Shown here in pieces: positions 34,179 through 64,000 of a stretch of 64,000 nt of DNA; the first letter of the stretch is position 1, and the number at the start of each line of letters is the position of its first letter. The DNA is taken from NCBI GenBank assembly GCA_002633005.1, contig NMRA01000034.1:829766-893765 (forward strand), in the 5' to 3' direction. This DNA comes from Phoronis australis. Taxonomy: Eukaryota > Animalia > Phoronida. A program made the position numbers and the translations under genes. Under the pieces are notes generated by a model. The model worked only from the letters and a program-made list of their open reading frames with translations. It was not told where the DNA came from and searched no databases.

Positions 34179-35700
34179 TCAAACTGCAATATGAGCAAAT
34201 TTTGGGTCACACAAAATATGGTAGGTAGCAAAAGAGGGGACAAGATTAATTCTAATCAAAGCATAATGAATTTCAGTATTGTGCACAAAGCAAGGTTATA
34301 GCAATGTTGCAGCCGTTAAGGATATCAAGCAATGAAGGATATTTGTACAGGCATACTTGGTTAGGCCAGATCCCAAGCCGAAAATTATGCAAAGCAAATC
34401 CGCACAGTAACACCGGTAACTGAGTCAAATGAATAATTTCAATAAATGTCAATTATGCCTTCATAAATGAAATAAGAATCAAAACATCTACCGGTATCGC
34501 CAGGAAAAACATTTAGAAAAACATTAGATTATAACTTTCACAAGATTCTGATCTTGAAAAAAATAATTGCACAACATATGGAATATCGTGGATGCATTTC
34601 ACATATACAGCAAAACTCGCTCGACTTGGATACAATCCCACGAAGAGATTTCACCACAGTAAGGCAAAGTGTACAGAAACGCATTTGAAGAGCTGGGTCA
34701 AGCCCACCAATCACAAACATGCCAGTGACCCAGTGAGGCCATGATAAAACTAATATGCATCTGACTTACGTAAGTTTTGACCTCTGTTCCCTTCAGAACC
34801 TTTAAAATATTTTGAGTGGCACTATAAAGTAAAACATAAATCAATATTCACGTCGTAACAATGGAAAACGACACCATGGTGCAAAAACAATAATGACAGT
34901 ATACCCGACCAGTGTCCACAAAAATGTAGACAATTCTTCAGCCCCATGAGGTACTTTTTTCATGTATTAGTATCACTATACAATGAACATGTTATGACAG
35001 TTAGTCAACAGTACATTCACTACATTGTCCATAATATGAAAACGTAATATGAAGCGAGAGTTTCCACTGCACAAGTTTGGGTAATGTGCTCAAAAGTAAT
35101 ACTTGGCTAAATACACAAACTTGTAGATTAGTTCCTACATAACATAATGAATCCCACAAACATACATCTCCAAGAACAACCCCGTGCCTCAAACGAGCCC
35201 TCTAGCCTTCAAAACAAGCATTTCTGGGCTAAAAACAAGTCTTGCTTGACTCTGACCATTTTGCATGCACAAAAGTCACATTTCTTGCGGGAGTTACGAA
35301 TCAGCGCAAAGTACCAGTTTTCACATAACTAGTCAATCAGCATGCACAAAAGTCTCACTACTTATGTAATTGACCAATCCATATGTAAGCACAGGAAACT
35401 GTGCACACTGACGGAGCAACTGAGGAGACAGAAATAGCAGTGCACAGTCACCAATTTCTTTTGTTTTAGCACAAGATTTGCATTTGCTGGCACGGGGCAC
35501 TGTCCAAGGCGTGGGGCTGTTGTTTTGCAGGTGTGGAGTTTATGGCGTTCATCGAGCCTGAAATACAAAAACCCAGCACATAAAACCATCTAGTTGGTCG
35601 ACAAACTCATTCGTCTCAACAATGGCTTACTGACCAATAACATGACTACAGTGAGCGTGACAAGAGTTGATGATGAAACAGGAAGTAGTGAGTAAACAAC

Positions 35701-62336
<26,636 letters not shown>

Positions 62337-64000
62337 CTGCAATCAAAGAATATTGTGATCTTTAAATAAACAACATATTTGGCAAAGGGGACATTTCAAC
62401 CGTGCTTAAAACTTAACTTCAATTAAATCCAAGACGTTCAAAACTTCTTTACAGGTTTATAACAACCTTAAAAGTTCAGAGAGTCTCTTCACAAAATAAA
62501 TTATTTTGATGTGGATATACATGAGGGGGTTACCCAAACAGCAATAATCAATCAAAGCAGTCACTTTTCCCTTTTTTTTTTTAAAGCTGCACTTCACCCA
62601 CTTTAGCTGGTTAATAATGAAAAGTGACAGTTCAAGCCAGAAGTATTCAGACAATACGACCAGGAATTCCCCCATCAACGTGGCTGTGCAGAAGCCAAAC
62701 TCATGGTCAGAGTAGTCTTCTCTCTCATGACTGAGAATGAAGGGGAATTATTAGGAAAGTTAGAAAGGTGGTTAAGCCATTCTGTAATTAGACTTTTGTC
62801 ACCCTAATCATTATTGCCAGTAAATTTTGTTGTTACAGAATTAACCATCATGAGGGTAAAGCAATAACTTGTCCCCAATTCTCACACTTTAGAATCCTAT
62901 CACAGTTAGAAATACAATAAACACAGTCCATGGTGCTCTATCATATTGAAAGCAATACCTGGGAAGCCAGGAAGATGGGTACCCCAAATGATGACAAATC
63001 CTACCTAAGGCAATGGCGCTTTTGCCGACTAGTTGCCACTGCACTTGTTCATACAACTGACTGTTACCACAAAGTCAACACATGCACTAGAGAAAAGTAC
63101 CCACTAACACTCCTGAGGGAGTCCATCTCTCATGACACAATCGAAATTGTGGTATAGCTGAAATTATAATATAATGCGTCGACCATTTTAACTTTGTGTC
63201 AAACTTACCAACAACTCTTCAACGGTTGTGTTACACTTGTCCAAGTTGATACGTTTGATAGCACACGCCTCATTCCTCGGCAGACACACAGCTGGCTGAA
63301 CCACAGCTGTGGCCCCGCAACCTATAGAGATATACAAAAAATTGACTTTAGAATAGCCTTACATTATGAATAATTTTGGCTAATCCTGACCCAGACAGTG
63401 AAAAGATAGGGTAAAGAAATCCCAATATCTGAACACCTTGACACGAGTTGGAAGTTTAACTTCGACTCATTTTATCGGCGAACAGCAAATCCGTTACTAT
63501 GACATTTGATTAGCGACTCATGGCTAATTCTATTCTGGCTGATGTACCCATCCAATGGTAGTAAAGCAGGCGAAATTGGGAGTACAGCCTAGTCAGTGCA
63601 CACAAAGGCACTGTCACATCAAGCAAGTGCTCAGTATCACATCGAAAATGAGAAAAAAAAAACAATTGGAAACTGACAGTTCATTATTGCTCAAAACCAG
63701 GTTGCCCTTTCATGTGTTGGGCCTCAAGCGAAAACCAACTGTTTGTCCTTCCCAAGCTTAGAAGTCACTTCTAATCATAATAAGCAGCAAGGTAAGACCA
63801 GTTTTATAATGCATTATGTGTGGTCTAAACTAAAATTTAGTTTTTAGCACAAGAGACATGTGTTTAGCAGTAAACTAGTTCATTTTTCCTAAAAGAATGT
63901 TTGCATTAAATAACATGCGANAAATTAGCGTTTCTAAAATTTTCCTTGTCCGAAAGTCGCGGGGCAAAAATCCGACGTTTATGACATTGTCCGAAGTTCG

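Overview
Eukaryotic, AT-rich, intron-dense DNA from a bilaterian invertebrate (plausibly a lophotrochozoan; inference only). Two convergent genes can be rebuilt by hand with GT-AG boundaries and consistent phases. (1) Plus strand, 1-25978: the 3' two-thirds of an integrin alpha subunit of the alphaPS1/mew, alpha3/6/7 clade, running from FG-GAP blades 5-7 through thigh, calf domains, the RRRKR furin site and TM helix to the KLGFFRR tail, probably followed by a long 3'UTR to about 30.8 kb. (2) Minus strand, 62336 down to 35701: an OSR1/SPAK (fray)-family STE20 kinase lacking its first exons (outside the window), with T-loop, S-motif, WEW motif and CCT domain. Introns hold MITEs, Helentron/HINE-like tandem-array elements, a decayed LINE ORF1, a tRNA-derived fragment, a Penelope-type palindrome, minisatellites and a 2-kb duplication that abuts an assembly N. 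The most interesting leads are a cluster of candidate cassette microexons just before the integrin furin site, an in-frame internal donor that would delete the integrin TM helix, candidate small exons in the kinase linker intron, and HINE arrays carrying CTCF-like boxes. I found no clearly new biological system; these leads are hypotheses that need RNA data.
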